64,000 bases of DNA. It comes from an uncultured Actinomycetes bacterium. Lineage in GTDB: Bacteria; Actinomycetota; Thermoleophilia; RBG-16-64-13. The notes under the pieces are model-generated. The model was given only the letters and a program-made list of their open reading frames with translations, made no database searches and was not told the DNA's origin. Both the position numbers and the translations under genes were made by a program. Each line of letters starts with the position of its first letter. Within the stretch, counting starts at the first letter, position 1. Shown here piece after piece: positions 52,418 through 64,000 of this stretch. The stretch spans positions 352,001-416,000 of the forward strand of contig CAWJDT010000004.1 in NCBI GenBank assembly GCA_963841735.1, written 5' to 3'.

Positions 52418-54003
52418 TCAGTACCTCCGCGGGCCCGAGCGGGCGGCGATGAGATCGCGGCGCCCGGCTGCGGCCCAGGCCGACCCGGGCCCCGCGAACG
52501 GGCACGTCCGCTGAGCGGTGTCCGGCCTGCGCAGGCTCGGGGAGCAGCTGCCACGACCACTGTCTGCCGAGCCGCGCAGCGCCTCGTCTTTCACGCCCAA
52601 CAGGTCGGCCAGCGGCCGCCGCCAGCGCGGCGATCTCCGCACGCGGCCTCTCGGCCCGGTCGCGGCGAGCGAAGAACTCCAGCGCCACCTGCGGGAAGAG
52701 GGCGTACGAGAGCAGGTCTTCTTCGCTGAACTTGATCCCTTGCTCCTCAAGCTCGGCCCTCCGCTTGGGCAGCTCCGGCTCGAGCGAGTCGGCCGGGCGG
52801 GTGGTGATGGGGGTCTCGTCCCCGATGCACAGCTTCTGCACCTCGAGGTCCACGGGACCCGGAGGCAGGCCGTAGAAGCCCTGCATGTAGGCCTTGGACT
52901 CCTTGGTGATCATCTTGTAGCGGCCCATCAGCACGTTCAGCGTCGCCTGAGTGCCCACGATCTGCGAGGTGGGCGTCACCAGCGGCGGGTAGCCGAACTC
53001 CTGCCTCACCCGCGGAACCTCGGCCAGCACCTCGGGCATGCGCTCAAGCTGCCCCTGCTCCTTGAGCTGAGACGAGAGGTTCGAGATCATGCCTCCCGGG
53101 ATCTGCCACAGCAGCACCGCCGGATCGACCGCCGTGAAGGCGCTTTCGTAGGCCACGTACTTCTTGCGCACGTCGCGGAAGTACTCCGAGATGTCCTCCA
53201 GCAGACCGATATCCATGCCCGTCGCCCGGTCGGTGCCGGCCAGCGCCGCCACCATCGACTCCGTCGGCGGGTGCGAGGTGCCCATGGACATCGACGAGAT
53301 GGCGCAGTCCAGGATGTCGGCCCCAGCCTCGACCGCCTTCAGGTAGGCCATGGAAGCCATGCCCGACGTGTAGTGCGAGTGCATGTGCACGAGCACGTCC
53401 GGATAGGCAGACTTGAGCGCGCTCACCAGCTCGTAGGCGTCCTGGGGGTCCAGCAGGCCGGCCATGTCCTTGATGCAGATGCTCTGGGCACCCATCTCCG
53501 CGAGCTTGCCCGCGTAGGCCAGGAACGAGGGCACGTTGTGCACGGGGCTCTTGGTGTAGCTGATGGTGCCTTCCACCCACTTGCCGTTCTCTTGCACGGC
53601 CGCGATGGCAGCCGCCAGGTTGCGCGGGTCGTTGAGCGCGTCGAACACTCTGAAAGACGTCGATGCCGGCCTCCGCCGCCAGCCGGACGAACTCGCGCAC
53701 CACGTCGTCGGCATAGTTGCGGTAGCCCACGACGTTCTGCCCCCGCAGGAGCATCTGCAGCCTGGTGTCGGGCATAGCCGCCTTGAGAGCGCGCACCCTC
53801 TCCCAGGGATCCTCGTTCAAGAAGCGCATCATCGAGTCGAAGGTCGCCCCGCCCCACACCTCCAGCGACCAGTAGCCGGCCCGGTTGAGCTTGTCGGCGA
53901 TGGGCAGCATGTCCTCGGTGCGCATGCGCGTGGCCAGCAGCGACTGATGCGCGTCGCGCAGCACTAGGTCGGTGATGTGGACAGGGTTCTTAGAGGTCGG
54001 CAT
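52418..54003 (-). CDS. Pyruvate carboxyltransferase (transcarboxylase 5S / OadA / PycB type), frameshifted
   Basis: [52 protein letters not shown]. Confidence 0.93.
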
Positions 54004-54030
54004 ATGCTGGCCTCCCGATGTCAGGGGTTG

Positions 54031-55472
54031 TCACAGAGGGATGTTGCCGTGCTTCTTGGGAGGCCGGCTCTCGCGTTTGGAGGCGCAGGCCTCAAGCGCG
54101 TCGATCAGGCGCGACCGAGTGGCCACCGGCTCTATGACGTCATCCAGGTGCCCCTTCAGCGCCGCCTCGTAGGGCGACACGGAGTCCTGACGGTCGAGGG
54201 CGCCGTCGGGAGCCGCGGCGGCGATCTCCGCTGAGGGCCACGCGAAGTTGAAGTCGGCGCCTGTGTGCTTCGAACACATGACCTCGAAGCCCTCGGCGTA
54301 GGCACGATGGGTGACGATGGTCACTTTCGGCACGGTCGCCTCGCAATAGGCGTACATGAGCTTGGCCGCCTCGCGCACGATGCGTCCGTGGCCCTGCTCT
54401 TCGGCCGGCAGGAAACCCGGGCGTATCGACGAAGGTCACCAGCGGAAGGTTGAAGGCGTCGCAGAAGCGCACGAAACGCGAGCCCTTTGCTGCCGCGTCC
54501 TGATCGAGCCTGCCCTCGAGATGACCGGGCTGGTTGCCCACAATGCCGACGGCTCTGCCGGCCAGGCGGGCGAATCCGACCACCAGGTTCTTCGCCCACC
54601 GAGGCATGATCTCCATGAACCGGCCGTCGTCGACCACGCCCGCGATGATCGCGCGCACATCGTGAGAGCCGTCCGCGTCCACTCGAGCCAGCGAGTCCAG
54701 CGTCCTCATCCATGCGATCCACCGGATCACCGGTCCAGCGCAGGGGAGTCTCCTCCAGGTTGTTCTGAGGCAAGTACGAGAGCAGCTCGCGGATGAGCTC
54801 AAGACATTCGGCCTCGTCGTCGCCGGCCAGGTGAGCGATGCCGCTCATCTCGCTCAGAGCCCTCGCCCCGCCCGCTTCCTCCACACCGATCTCGTCTCCG
54901 GCGCCGGTCGCGAGAGCACGCGGGTCGCCCAGCAGTACGTGGCCGCCGCCTCTCACCATGACCACGAAGTCCGTCAACGCCGGGGAGAAAACGGCCGAGC
55001 CCGTGCACGAGCCCATGACTGCCGAGATCTGCGGCACCAGACCGGAGGCCATCACGTTGCGCAAGAAGATCTGGGAATAGCCGCCCAGAGAGGTCACGCC
55101 CTCGTCCGCGCCGGAACCCCAAGACTGCCCGCCATCGTAGATGCCCACCAGCGGAGCGCCGTTCTTCGCGGCCAGGTCCATGACCTTGGCCAGCTTGCGG
55201 ACGAACCCGTCGCCAAACGCCTCCACGCCGGCTTCGCCGTCCTGCGAGAAGACATAGACGTCCCTGTCTCCCACACGGCCGTGACCTGCGACGGCGCCTT
55301 CTACGAAGACGTCAAGCTCCACGAAGGTGTCCGGGTCGAGCAGCTGCAGGACGCGCTCGCGCGCGGTCCCGATGCCGTCCTTGCGCCGAGCGGCCATGCG
55401 CTCCGGCCCCCCACTCTGGCGGGCCTCCTGCTTCATCCGGCGCAGCTCTTCTGTACTGTCGTCGGCGACCAT
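54031..55472 (-). CDS. Acyl-CoA carboxyltransferase beta/12S-like subunit, divergent and frameshifted
   Basis: ARERVLQLLDPDTFVE, SGLVPQIS, LSYLPQNN, RFVRFCDAFN, KKHGNIPL. Confidence 0.88.
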
Positions 55473-55581
55473 GTCTTTCGCACTCCGCCCTGTAGCTGTG
55501 GGTATGACTCTCACTGCTCGTGTCCGGCAGTCGGCCGTGTTATGTTACGGTCTCCCACCACAGAGAGCAAGGGGGAGTCAC

Positions 55582-56464
55582 ATGGACCGAGCAGCGAAGA
55601 GATCCCTTCCCCTGGCGTGTCTGGCACTTTCTGTGCGCGGCCCTGCTTCTTCTTGTCGCCACTTGCTCCAGGCTGCGGCAACGAGGACTACGGCCCCGAC
55701 ACCACTGTCCCACCATCGTCCCCCGGCACAACCGAGGGCACAAGCACCACCGCCACGGCTCCCCACGACACGACCGCCCCCACAGGCGACGGCACAGCCA
55801 CGACCGCCGGCGGCCCATCCCTCCACCGCGGTCACCTTCACCACCGAAGACGGCATCACCCTCGGCGGGCATCTCTACGGCTCCGGCCACTGGGGTGTGG
55901 TGCTTTCACACATGTATCCCACCGACCAGACCAGTTGGACCGCCGTCGCCGAGAGGCTGGCCCAGGAGGGCTATCTCGTTCTCACGTACGACTTTCGAGG
56001 CTACGGTGAGTCCGGCGGGTCCAAGGACATCGCGCACATCGACCGCGATGTCACCGCGGCCGTGAACTACCTCAGATCCGCCGGGGCCAGCGACATCGTC
56101 CTGGTCGGCGCCTCCATGGGCGGCACGGCCAGCCTGATGGCCGCCACTACGTTCCAGACCATGTCGTCCTTCCGGCTGGCCGGCGTGGCCACGCTGTCGG
56201 CCCCGGTGGAGTTCGAGGGCCTGTCGGCCGCCGACTCGGTGCCGCAACTGGTGGTGCCGCTTCTTTTCATCGCTGCCGAGAACGACGGTAGGAGCTGGAA
56301 GGCGCCAGAAAGCTGGAGGAGACTCTCAGGTGGCAAGGGTGATCTCCAGATCGTCCCCGGTAGCGACCATGGCACCGATCTCTTCTCCGGGAGCGCAGGC
56401 CGATACCGTGTGGCAGTTGCTGCTCGAATTCCTGCAGCAGAATCTTCAGGTGGGCAATCTCTAG
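55582..56464 (+). CDS. Alpha/beta hydrolase, probable lipoprotein with Thr-rich linker, frameshifted
   Basis: LAPGC, YDFRGYGES, GASMGG nucleophile elbow, DHGT. Confidence 0.8.
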
Positions 56465-56486
56465 GGCGACGTAGCGCCGCGTAGCG

Positions 56487-56536
56487 CGGCGCCCGCGGTC
56501 CGGACCATCTGCTTGGTCCGTTCCGCGGGCGCCGCC
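56487..56536. terminator. GC-rich hairpin between convergent genes
   Basis: CGGCGCCCGCGG...CCGCGGGCGCCG. Confidence 0.55.
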
Positions 56537-56567
56537 GGTCTTCAGGCGTTGCCGACCGTGCCGGCCC

Positions 56568-59500
56568 CTACTGGACAGTCAGGGCCTGGCTCACGGTCTC
56601 CCCTCTCCATTGAGGGGTGTAGTAGGAGTAGACGGCCGACGCGGCGCCCTTGCCGCGCACCGGATAGAGGGCTTTCGCCTGGAAGCTGAAGCTCACCTTC
56701 TCGCCAGGGTCCATGTCTTCGATGTACACGATCACCTTGCGACCGGCCACGTCGTATCTCTTGATGTTGGGGTTATCCAGCAGGACCGCCAGTGACTCCT
56801 CCACCGCTGCGAACCCGGTGGGCACCGAGATATCCAGCACCGTCATGTTGGCCTTGATGGGCTCCGGCGGATTGAAGGTGATGGTGACGTCGACGTCTAC
56901 GATGTCGTTCACAGCCACCTGCTCGGTACCGTAGTCAACGTTTATGTCGAACACGTTCGCGGTCTCCTCGGGCTCCAACAGGTTGTAGCGCAGGACTCCC
57001 TGCACCACGGCCTCGCCCTTTCCTTCCGCCGACACCTGCACGTCGGCCCCGGCGGGGATATCAACTACCTGGGTGACGTCGTAGTTCTCCGGGAGTGATC
57101 TCCACCTTCTTCGCGACGTCGCCGGCGGTGATGGTCACGGTCATGTCGGTGTCGGTAGCCGCCGAGGTGGCGAACTGGATGAGAGCCTGCAGCGCCACCA
57201 CCGTGTCCTGCGTGGTACCGAAGCCGCCCTGGCTGTTCCGTTGCCCCACCATCCACCTAGCCGCCTGCGCGGCGTTCACTCTGTCATCGCCTGCGATGAG
57301 GGCCAGCGTCGCGTAGGCGGTCGCCTCTACATCTAGACTCGGAAGCATGTCGGGCGAATACATTCCACCTTCGGGGGCCATGAACGGCTGCGGGCCACCG
57401 GGCTCCGGCATGACTCCGCCGCTGCTCCAGTGCAGTCCGTTCTCGTCCTCGATGGCTTTTGCCATGAGCTTCTGCATGGCCTCCTCCGCCCGGCCGCTCT
57501 TGCCCAATTCAAGAGCGTAGGTGACCAAGGCGAGTGCGTAGGAGTCGTCCAGAGCGTCGAGCCGGCCTTCCAGGTAGGCGAGAGCCTTGGCCGCAGCGGC
57601 GTTTTCTCCCGCCTCGAGAAGGGTCACGGCGACATAGGCCGTGAGTGTCTCCTTGCCCTGCACTCCGCCCATCATGTCTTGGTGATGCACGAAGCCCACC
57701 GACTCGAAGGACCCATCGGCCCGCTGCTTGTCGACGATCCAAGCGGCCGCGCCCGAGAGCACAGCGTCGTCGATGAAGGTGAGCTCCTTGGCCTGCGCGA
57801 AGGTCTTGAGCACGAAGGCCGTCAGCCACAGGCTGCCCGACTCGTCCTGGTCGCCGAACGCCGAGAAGCTGCCGTCGGAGCGCTGATAGGTGAGCTCGCG
57901 CTGGTAGCCCGTCACCAGCAGCATCTCCGCCTTGGCTTGAATCTCGGGCTTGAGCTGCCGAGTACCTTTGAGGTAGCTCAGGATGTACGTGTCGGGAGCG
58001 AAAAGGATCATGTTCTGCTCGCCGCAGCCGAAGGGCATCTGGAGAAGCTGGTCGAGGCCCTCGATGGTCTGCGCCAGCAGGCTGCCGGTAACGGCCACGT
58101 AGGCCCGCGCTGAATCCGACACAACTCCAAGCGGAGGCAGGACCATGCTGAGTGTCCGCTCCTGCTCCGCCTCAGGTACCACAGCGTTCTCCACGGTCTC
58201 CCGGCTCACGCCTTCGGGCTCGACGATCATGCTCTTGATCACCGCATCCGCCGCTTCGGAGCTGCGGGCGCTCACCTCGACCAGTTGCAGTGCCGATGGA
58301 CTTCGGCCTGATTGCGAACTCGGCACTGCCCACGTCGCCACCGGCGACCGTCACGGTCTTCACCGAGTCGTCGAGCAGCTCGAACCAGTCGGCCCCTTCT
58401 ATCTCCACCTGTATGTCTTGAGCGGTGTCGAGGTAGTTGTAGAGAGCGATCTTGATGGGGAACTCCTCTCCGCGGATGGCGGAGTAGGGCAGGTCGGCCT
58501 GCAGGAAGAACGGCTGGAACACGGTCAGCGATGCCTCCGCTATGCCCAGACCGTACTCGGGCGACAAAGCCACCGCCCGCAGGTCCCAGGTGGTGATGGT
58601 GTCGGGCGCCTCATAGCTGATGATCGCCCGACCGGCGTCGTCGGTGAGAGTCTCGTCCCAGATCCAGGTCTCGGGGAAGTACTGGCGTACCCTCTGCACC
58701 TCGGCCAGACCGCCGGTGTCGACGGCGGCGTTGGGGCCCATTGCCGGCGGCCGTGGTCGTGGCGGTGGCCTCGCCGCTGATCCTTGGGCGGCGCCGCGCC
58801 CGCCATGTCGCCCATAGCCGCCCTCAGCGGCAAACATCATCTGAGGCGTCTCGATCTCCTTGCCTTCGGGCACGTCCTTGTTGGAGAGCACGATGAGTCC
58901 GGCATCGCTGAAGGTCTCCTGCGCTCCAGGGATGACCAGGGTGCCGCCCATCATCCAGTCTGCGTCGTGGAGCTCGGCCTGCGGCTGCATATAGAGACGC
59001 TCCAACTCCGCGAAGACCTGGGCTAGATTGAGCCGGTTCTCGGCCAGGATGAACACCGAGTGGTCCACGGCCACCAGGCCGACTTTGGCCGGGCCCTGTG
59101 TCTGCACCTGCACATCCACCGAGGCCCCGGGCTCGACTTCGCCCGCGCTGAAGGACGCGCTCACCTCTTGGGGATACTCACCTTGAACTTCGAACGGCAG
59201 AGAATCGGCGGCCACTTCGCTGCTGGGCAGTATCTGGTAGACCAGCAACTTGGCCGACGGAGCCATCGCCGGCGTCACCTTGAAAGAGATGTCTCCGGAG
59301 GCGCTGCCGGTAAAGACCACGCGGTCACGCGCCACCACCTCGTAGTAGAAGGTGCCCGCCTCGGCCGTGGAGACCACGTCGAAGCTGACCTTGTCGCCCA
59401 CGGCGATGGTAGGCGATCCGTTCTGCTGTACGTGGACGAAACTCCCCGAGGGGGAGTACGCGGTGGTCAGCTCCTTTGAGGCCCAGGAGTCACCCACGCT

Positions 59501-60768
59501 CGCGTTTATGGACATCCGCACCGCGTCCGCGGGAGGCGTGAACTGCACCATGGCCGTCCCCCGGCTGGTTTCGACCCGCTGTGTCTCGTTTCCGACCTCT
59601 TGGTAGTTCTCGTCGCTGTAGTACACCTCCACTGTCACCTGCGCCTCCACCGGCTCGCCGCCCGGTGTCTCAGTGACCAGGACGACGCCGAAGGGAAGTC
59701 CGGGCTTGAAAGCGGTGCTCTCGGAGATGAGCCGCAGATTCACCGAGGAAGCCGCCACCGTGACCAACTCGGTGGTCTTCTGCTCGTAGCCGGTGGACTT
59801 CTCCACCAGCGGCGATGTCGAGCCTGCACGTTGCCCAGGCCACCGGCCTCAGGCACCCCGGCGACGTAGCCGGCAGGTTCGATGCTGAAGTCACCTTCGC
59901 CGTCGATCTGAGCCGTGTAGGTGGCGTATACCTCCCACTCACCCACGTACCGCGAGGCCGTAACCCGCAGTTCGCCCTCGACTGCCCGGCCGTAGCTGTA
60001 TTTGCTTGTGACATGCCCGGTGATGGGCTCGTCCACCAAGAACCAGTCTTTCGTGAGCTCAGCGGTCACCTCGTACTTGGGTAGCACGTACTTCTCCACC
60101 CGCACGTCCAGCTCGGTGGTAGCGTCGCCCGCATAGGCGGTAAGCTTCCAGACCCCCAGATTGGGCTCGGTCGATAGGGGCAGCTCGGCCGTCACCGTGC
60201 CGTACTCGTCGGTGGCTAGGGTCTGCTTGGAGATCTTGATGCCCTTGGCATCCTGGATCTCCAGAGTGGCCTGTGTCTGCACCGGCTTCAATTCAGAATC
60301 GAGGGCCACGAGCCTTACCAGCATGGTCTGCCCTGGCTTGTAGATGGGCTTGTCGGTTTCGAGGAAGAGCAATGTCCCGGCCTGGATCTGCACAGCCGTG
60401 CTCTCGGAAAAGCCATTGCCCGTGACTCTTACCTTGTATTCCCCCGGACTCACCGGGGGGAGTTCGAGCGTGACGGTGCCCTTGCCATCGATGCCACCGG
60501 TGGCCGAGGCGATGGTCTTGCCCTTGTCGAGAACGGCCACAGTCACTCCGCTCCTGGCGGAAGCGTCACCCCTGAACAGCGTGAACGAGAACGAGGCCGA
60601 TTCCCCCGACCGGAGCACCTGGGGAACCAGAGCCACGTAGCCGTCGACCTTGTCGTTCCACGACGACGAGACGTTGGTCGGCCCGGGGTCGGACGACTCA
60701 CACCCCACGACGATCGCGATGACCGCAAGCACAGCGCATAGAAGTGCAAGGACCCTACGGCGACTCAT
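56568..60768 (-). CDS. Alpha-2-macroglobulin/thioester-containing lipoprotein, several frameshifts
   Basis: VVGC lipobox, TDKPIYKPGQ, YVLPKY, FPETWIW, PDTITTW, MPFGCGEQNM, DGSFSAFG, WLTAFV, TQDTVVALQAL, YSYY. Confidence 0.93.
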
Positions 60769-61090
60769 GACCCACCTCCCGGTATTGGATGTCTGCTCTG
60801 ACGGGGTCTGCCCCGTCGCGGTTTCCTCCACCTCAAGGCCACTGTTCTTGTTGCGCATCTCGAAACAATGCAGGCTAGCCAAGGCAGGACCGTTGGGATC
60901 CCAGGGACCAGCATGATGGCGGAGGCGCTGGTTGCCCGGCGGATACCCCACACCGCGCGACTCCACCACCTGCAAACCCATCCAAGCATTAGCCTCAGGG
61001 CTGTTGGGAAGCGAGCCAACTGGCCGGCCGCGCTACATCATCAGATGTCGCCTCGTCCTACCGCATATTGTGATTACTCTTGCGTGAGCC

Positions 61091-61438
61091 TCAAGGCTTC
61101 TTGGTCGACTCCTTCGCCGGCGCCGCCTTCTTCGCCTTCTTGGCCTGCTTCGCGTCCCGCTTCGCCTTCTTGGCCGCTAGTTTCGCCTTCTTGGCCGCGA
61201 GCTTGGCTTTCTTCGCTTCCGCCTTTGCCTTCTTGGCGGCTTTCTTCGCCATCTTCGCGGCCTTCTTCGCCCTCTTGGCGTCCTGCGCCGGCTTCTTCGC
61301 GATCTTCCTGGCGACGCTCTTCTCGGCGCCCGACGACTTCTTATTCGTCGCTGTGGCGTTGTCATCCAGCTTCTGCTCGGCGGTTGCGTACGTCTCGTCC
61401 TTAGACTTGGGAGTCTCCTTGAGCAGCTTCGCCACCAT
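61091..61438 (-). CDS. Lys/Ala-rich histone H1-like protein; start uncertain
   Basis: AKKAK repeats on the minus strand. Confidence 0.6.
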   Translation of the reverse strand: MVAKLLKETPKSKDETYATAEQKLDDNATATNKKSSGAEKSVARKIAKKPAQDAKRAKKAAKMAKKAAKKAKAEAKKAKLAAKKAKLAAKKAKRDAKQAKKAKKAAPAKESTKKP

Positions 61439-61664
61439 GTCGGTGATCGTCTTCAGCGAACTATTCACCACACCTCCTACGACAAGGTCTCGCCCGGGCC
61501 GCCCAAGCATATCAATGCCGCGCCATCTCACAACAACGCGCGAAGCTAATTGCTCAAGGAAAGCCACCGGAAAGGCTTTTCCCTATGAAAGGAGGCGATC
61601 AGGCTTTACTATGGGTGCCGTTTGCTCACGGTCGGGAATGACCTAGCCAAAGGGAGGGGCGGGA

Positions 61665-63164
61665 ATGCCGTCAGACGAGACGCACCAGGGTGCCGGGACT
61701 GTACCGCGCCACGACGCACCAAGCGGAGAGGTGCCAATGGACGAGTCGCCCGCCACTGCAGCGGTCAAGTACTTTCTGTCGAACGGCCCCGCGACCGTAA
61801 TCTACGTGCAGGAAGCCGACAGATGGCACAGCAGCATCTCGGGTGGAGCCCTTCTGAGGCAAGAGCCCGGCACAATCCCCGAGGAATTGCTGAGCCGGCT
61901 CGAGGAGATCGACGAGACCCAAGCAAACGCACTCACGCAAGGTAGTCCGCTGGTCGAGGCGCCAGCGAGGTCCACCCTGAACGGCCCGTCGGGCCCTTCG
62001 GGGTTAGGTGGATGGATGGTCCTGCCCATAGTCATGCTCTTCCTGACGCTGATCGTGTCCGCATCGGCACTATTCGCTTCGCAGCTCCCGCTACTACGAA
62101 GCGACGTATGGTCCGACCTCACCACATCAGGCACAGCCGCATACCACCCTCTGTGGGCGCCGACTATAGTGTTCGACACCATCGTTACCGCCGTAATGTT
62201 TGTGTTCCCGCTATTGCTCCTTGTGCTCATCTTCCGGAAGCGGCAGGCAGCAACCAATCTCGTCATCGCGTTCGCCTTCTTCATACTCATCGCCAGAGTG
62301 CTGGACTCGGTGGCCGTGATCCCCCTGGCCTTGGACTCCCTCCGCCAAGCGGGGTACCTCGACGCGGCGCACGACGCGACCATCACCGCGCTGACGGGGC
62401 TGGTGGCAACACTGGTCCTTGCGGCCATCTGGATCCCCTACTTCTTCCTGTCGAAGCGCGTTAAGAACACCTTCACGCGGGGAAAAGCCATCGCATCGGC
62501 GCCCACTAAGCCCGCGGCAGGGAGGTCTCGCCTAATCTTGGCATGGACCTTCGGCGTGGGCGTGACAGCCGCGATAGTACTGATTGTTCTGCTGTCCTGG
62601 GGCACCGCGACTCTTGCAGGCGAGATCGGCGCGGTCACGACTCAGTCCGGAGACATCAAGACGTACACAGACCCCGAATACGGCTACAGTTTCGACTACC
62701 CGGCCAGCTGGGTGCTGGAGACCGGCGGAAACTCTGTGGGCGACAGCGTCGGCAATCCTCCGGGCAGCGCTGGAGTGTTTGACCCCGACGGCGCATTCGG
62801 CGGCGCCTACGCCCTAGATATGGCCACGGCAACAGCAAGCCGCTCAGGTTTCTCCTTCGAGGAATCCATGATGCCGAACCTGAAGATCGCCCTGGAGGAC
62901 TACATTGCCGACCCTTCGGGTCCGTTCGGTACCGCGACGATAGCCAAGCCTCTCTCGGAGACCACGATGGCGGGAATGAGGGGATTCTCGGTCACCCTCG
63001 CCGACACCCTGGCGGAGACTCCGGTGACGGTGACCCTCTACTTCTTGCTCACCGGGACTCTGGAGTATGACTTGACGGTCCAGGCGGCCACCAAGGACTG
63101 GCAGGCGTACCAGGCGACCTTGGATGACTTCCTGGCCAGCTTCAAGCCCGGCCCCCAGCAATAG
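61665..63164 (+). CDS. Membrane protein with DUF2569 domain and C-terminal PsbP-like domain
   Basis: GLGGW...IWIPYFFLSKRVKNTF; YGYSFDYPASW. Confidence 0.7.
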   Translation: MPSDETHQGAGTVPRHDAPSGEVPMDESPATAAVKYFLSNGPATVIYVQEADRWHSSISGGALLRQEPGTIPEELLSRLEEIDETQANALTQGSPLVEAPARSTLNGPSGPSGLGGWMVLPIVMLFLTLIVSASALFASQLPLLRSDVWSDLTTSGTAAYHPLWAPTIVFDTIVTAVMFVFPLLLLVLIFRKRQAATNLVIAFAFFILIARVLDSVAVIPLALDSLRQAGYLDAAHDATITALTGLVATLVLAAIWIPYFFLSKRVKNTFTRGKAIASAPTKPAAGRSRLILAWTFGVGVTAAIVLIVLLSWGTATLAGEIGAVTTQSGDIKTYTDPEYGYSFDYPASWVLETGGNSVGDSVGNPPGSAGVFDPDGAFGGAYALDMATATASRSGFSFEESMMPNLKIALEDYIADPSGPFGTATIAKPLSETTMAGMRGFSVTLADTLAETPVTVTLYFLLTGTLEYDLTVQAATKDWQAYQATLDDFLASFKPGPQQ

Positions 63165-63269
63165 GTCGCCGGCGTAGCCCCTATCCCCCACCGGGAATCG
63201 GCCGGCGTCAGGTTTTGGCAGCAGCTATTCCGGATACTCCTACCTCATCTACAGTAAAGGGGCGAGTCC

Positions 63270-63416
63270 ATGAGCTTGTTGCTGATCGTGTTCATAGTGG
63301 TCGTCGTGGTCGTGGCCGGATTGGGCTTCTTGGTCAAGTGGCTGTTTTGGGTGGCGGCGGCCCTGTTCCTGATATGGATCATCACCCTTCTTTGGGACCG
63401 CATTCGTAGAAGGTAG
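63270..63416 (+). CDS. 48-aa hydrophobic membrane protein
   Basis: MSLLLIVFIVVVVVVAGLGFLVKWLFWVAAALFLIWIITLLWDRIRRR with AAGGGG RBS. Confidence 0.65.
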   Translation: MSLLLIVFIVVVVVVAGLGFLVKWLFWVAAALFLIWIITLLWDRIRRR

Positions 63417-63493
63417 ACGCCGCCTCCTCGGCCGCCGGGCTTTCCACGAGTGGCGGCAGGCTTGGTTGGACGAAGGGAACCCGGTGTTGAGAT

Positions 63494-63826
63494 ATGGACA
63501 TCCTTGAGACCTCGCTCTCCGGAGTGCCCTTGCTCACGATCGTGGGAGAGGCCGACCAAGGCCTGCAGCTTGCCCAGGCTGCTCAGCGAGCCATGGGCGC
63601 ACATGCCACCCACATCCTCTTCGACTTGGAACTATGTCCGTACCTGGACAGTGGAAGCCTGACCGCGCTCTTTGGCTTGGTACAACAGGTGGAGCCGGCG
63701 GGCTGGGTGGGCGTGGTGAACTGCCCCCGGATGGTCCTGCGCCTTATCGGATTGGTTGGCCTCACTGAATGTAGCGGCTTTAGAGTCTTCCGGACTCTCT
63801 ACGAGGCCAGTGGGGCAGTTGCCTAG
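63494..63826 (+). CDS. STAS-domain anti-sigma factor antagonist
   Basis: GEAD, FDL, YLDSGSL with phosphorylatable Ser. Confidence 0.8.
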   Translation: MDILETSLSGVPLLTIVGEADQGLQLAQAAQRAMGAHATHILFDLELCPYLDSGSLTALFGLVQQVEPAGWVGVVNCPRMVLRLIGLVGLTECSGFRVFRTLYEASGAVA

Positions 63827-64000
63827 TAGCCCAGTTCTTTTGCCACTACGTTCACTAGGGGCTCACCCTTGCGATAGCGGGCCACATTGTCCAGGAAGAG
63901 CTGCATGGCGTTGTCCAACCAATCGGACGTGCGGTCGGCGCAGTGTGGCGACAGAAGGACATTCTCCAGACCGTAGAACGGGTGCCCTGGGGGCAAAGGC
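63823..64000 (-). CDS. D-2-hydroxyacid dehydrogenase, C-terminal end (partial)
   Basis: PLPPGHPFYGLENVLLSPHCA...NVV..ELGY*. Confidence 0.85.
   Translation of the reverse strand, partial: PLPPGHPFYGLENVLLSPHCADRTSDWLDNAMQLFLDNVARYRKGEPLVNVVAKELGY

Noticed and set aside
500-60000. Many split genes as pseudogenes or programmed frameshifts
   Set aside because: Indels hit unrelated genes in blocks, motifs stay intact on both sides and I see no nonsense decay or common slippery motif; this fits low-coverage long-read errors
61080-61646. Plus-strand Phe/Ala-rich ORF
   Set aside because: Reverse-complement mirror of the Lys/Ala repeat protein

Overview
GC-rich bacterial chromosomal segment, most plausibly from an anaerobic, deep-branching actinobacterium (Thermoleophilia-like; this is an inference). 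Single-base frameshifts are dense at 0-4, 21-30, 36-37 and 45-60 kb and are probably assembly indels; 4-20 kb is clean. Housekeeping genes include panC, rho, thrC-hom-lysA, hpt, tRNA-Gly, a probable 6S RNA, mutM, argS, hcp, hisG, dapB-like, glmM, ABC transporters and a transcarboxylase-like cluster. Four regions stand out. (1) An acetate-uptake locus (DUF485-ActP, SatP fused to a globin-like RsbRD_N domain) lies next to a PHP phosphoesterase and a membrane sCache_2-PAS-PAS-CBS-DUF294 nucleotidyltransferase, a candidate carboxylate-sensing writer/eraser signalling system. (2) An archaeal-type cyclic 2,3-diphosphoglycerate operon contains a candidate cDPG hydrolase and a GlpX that has lost catalytic motifs. 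(3) An acetyltransferase-only GlmU is co-transcribed with glmM and an orphan Pol-beta-type NTase, converging on a transglutaminase-like gene. (4) A lipoprotein thioester alpha-2-macroglobulin resembles animal CD109/TEP proteins. All domain calls come from motif recognition by eye; no searches were run.
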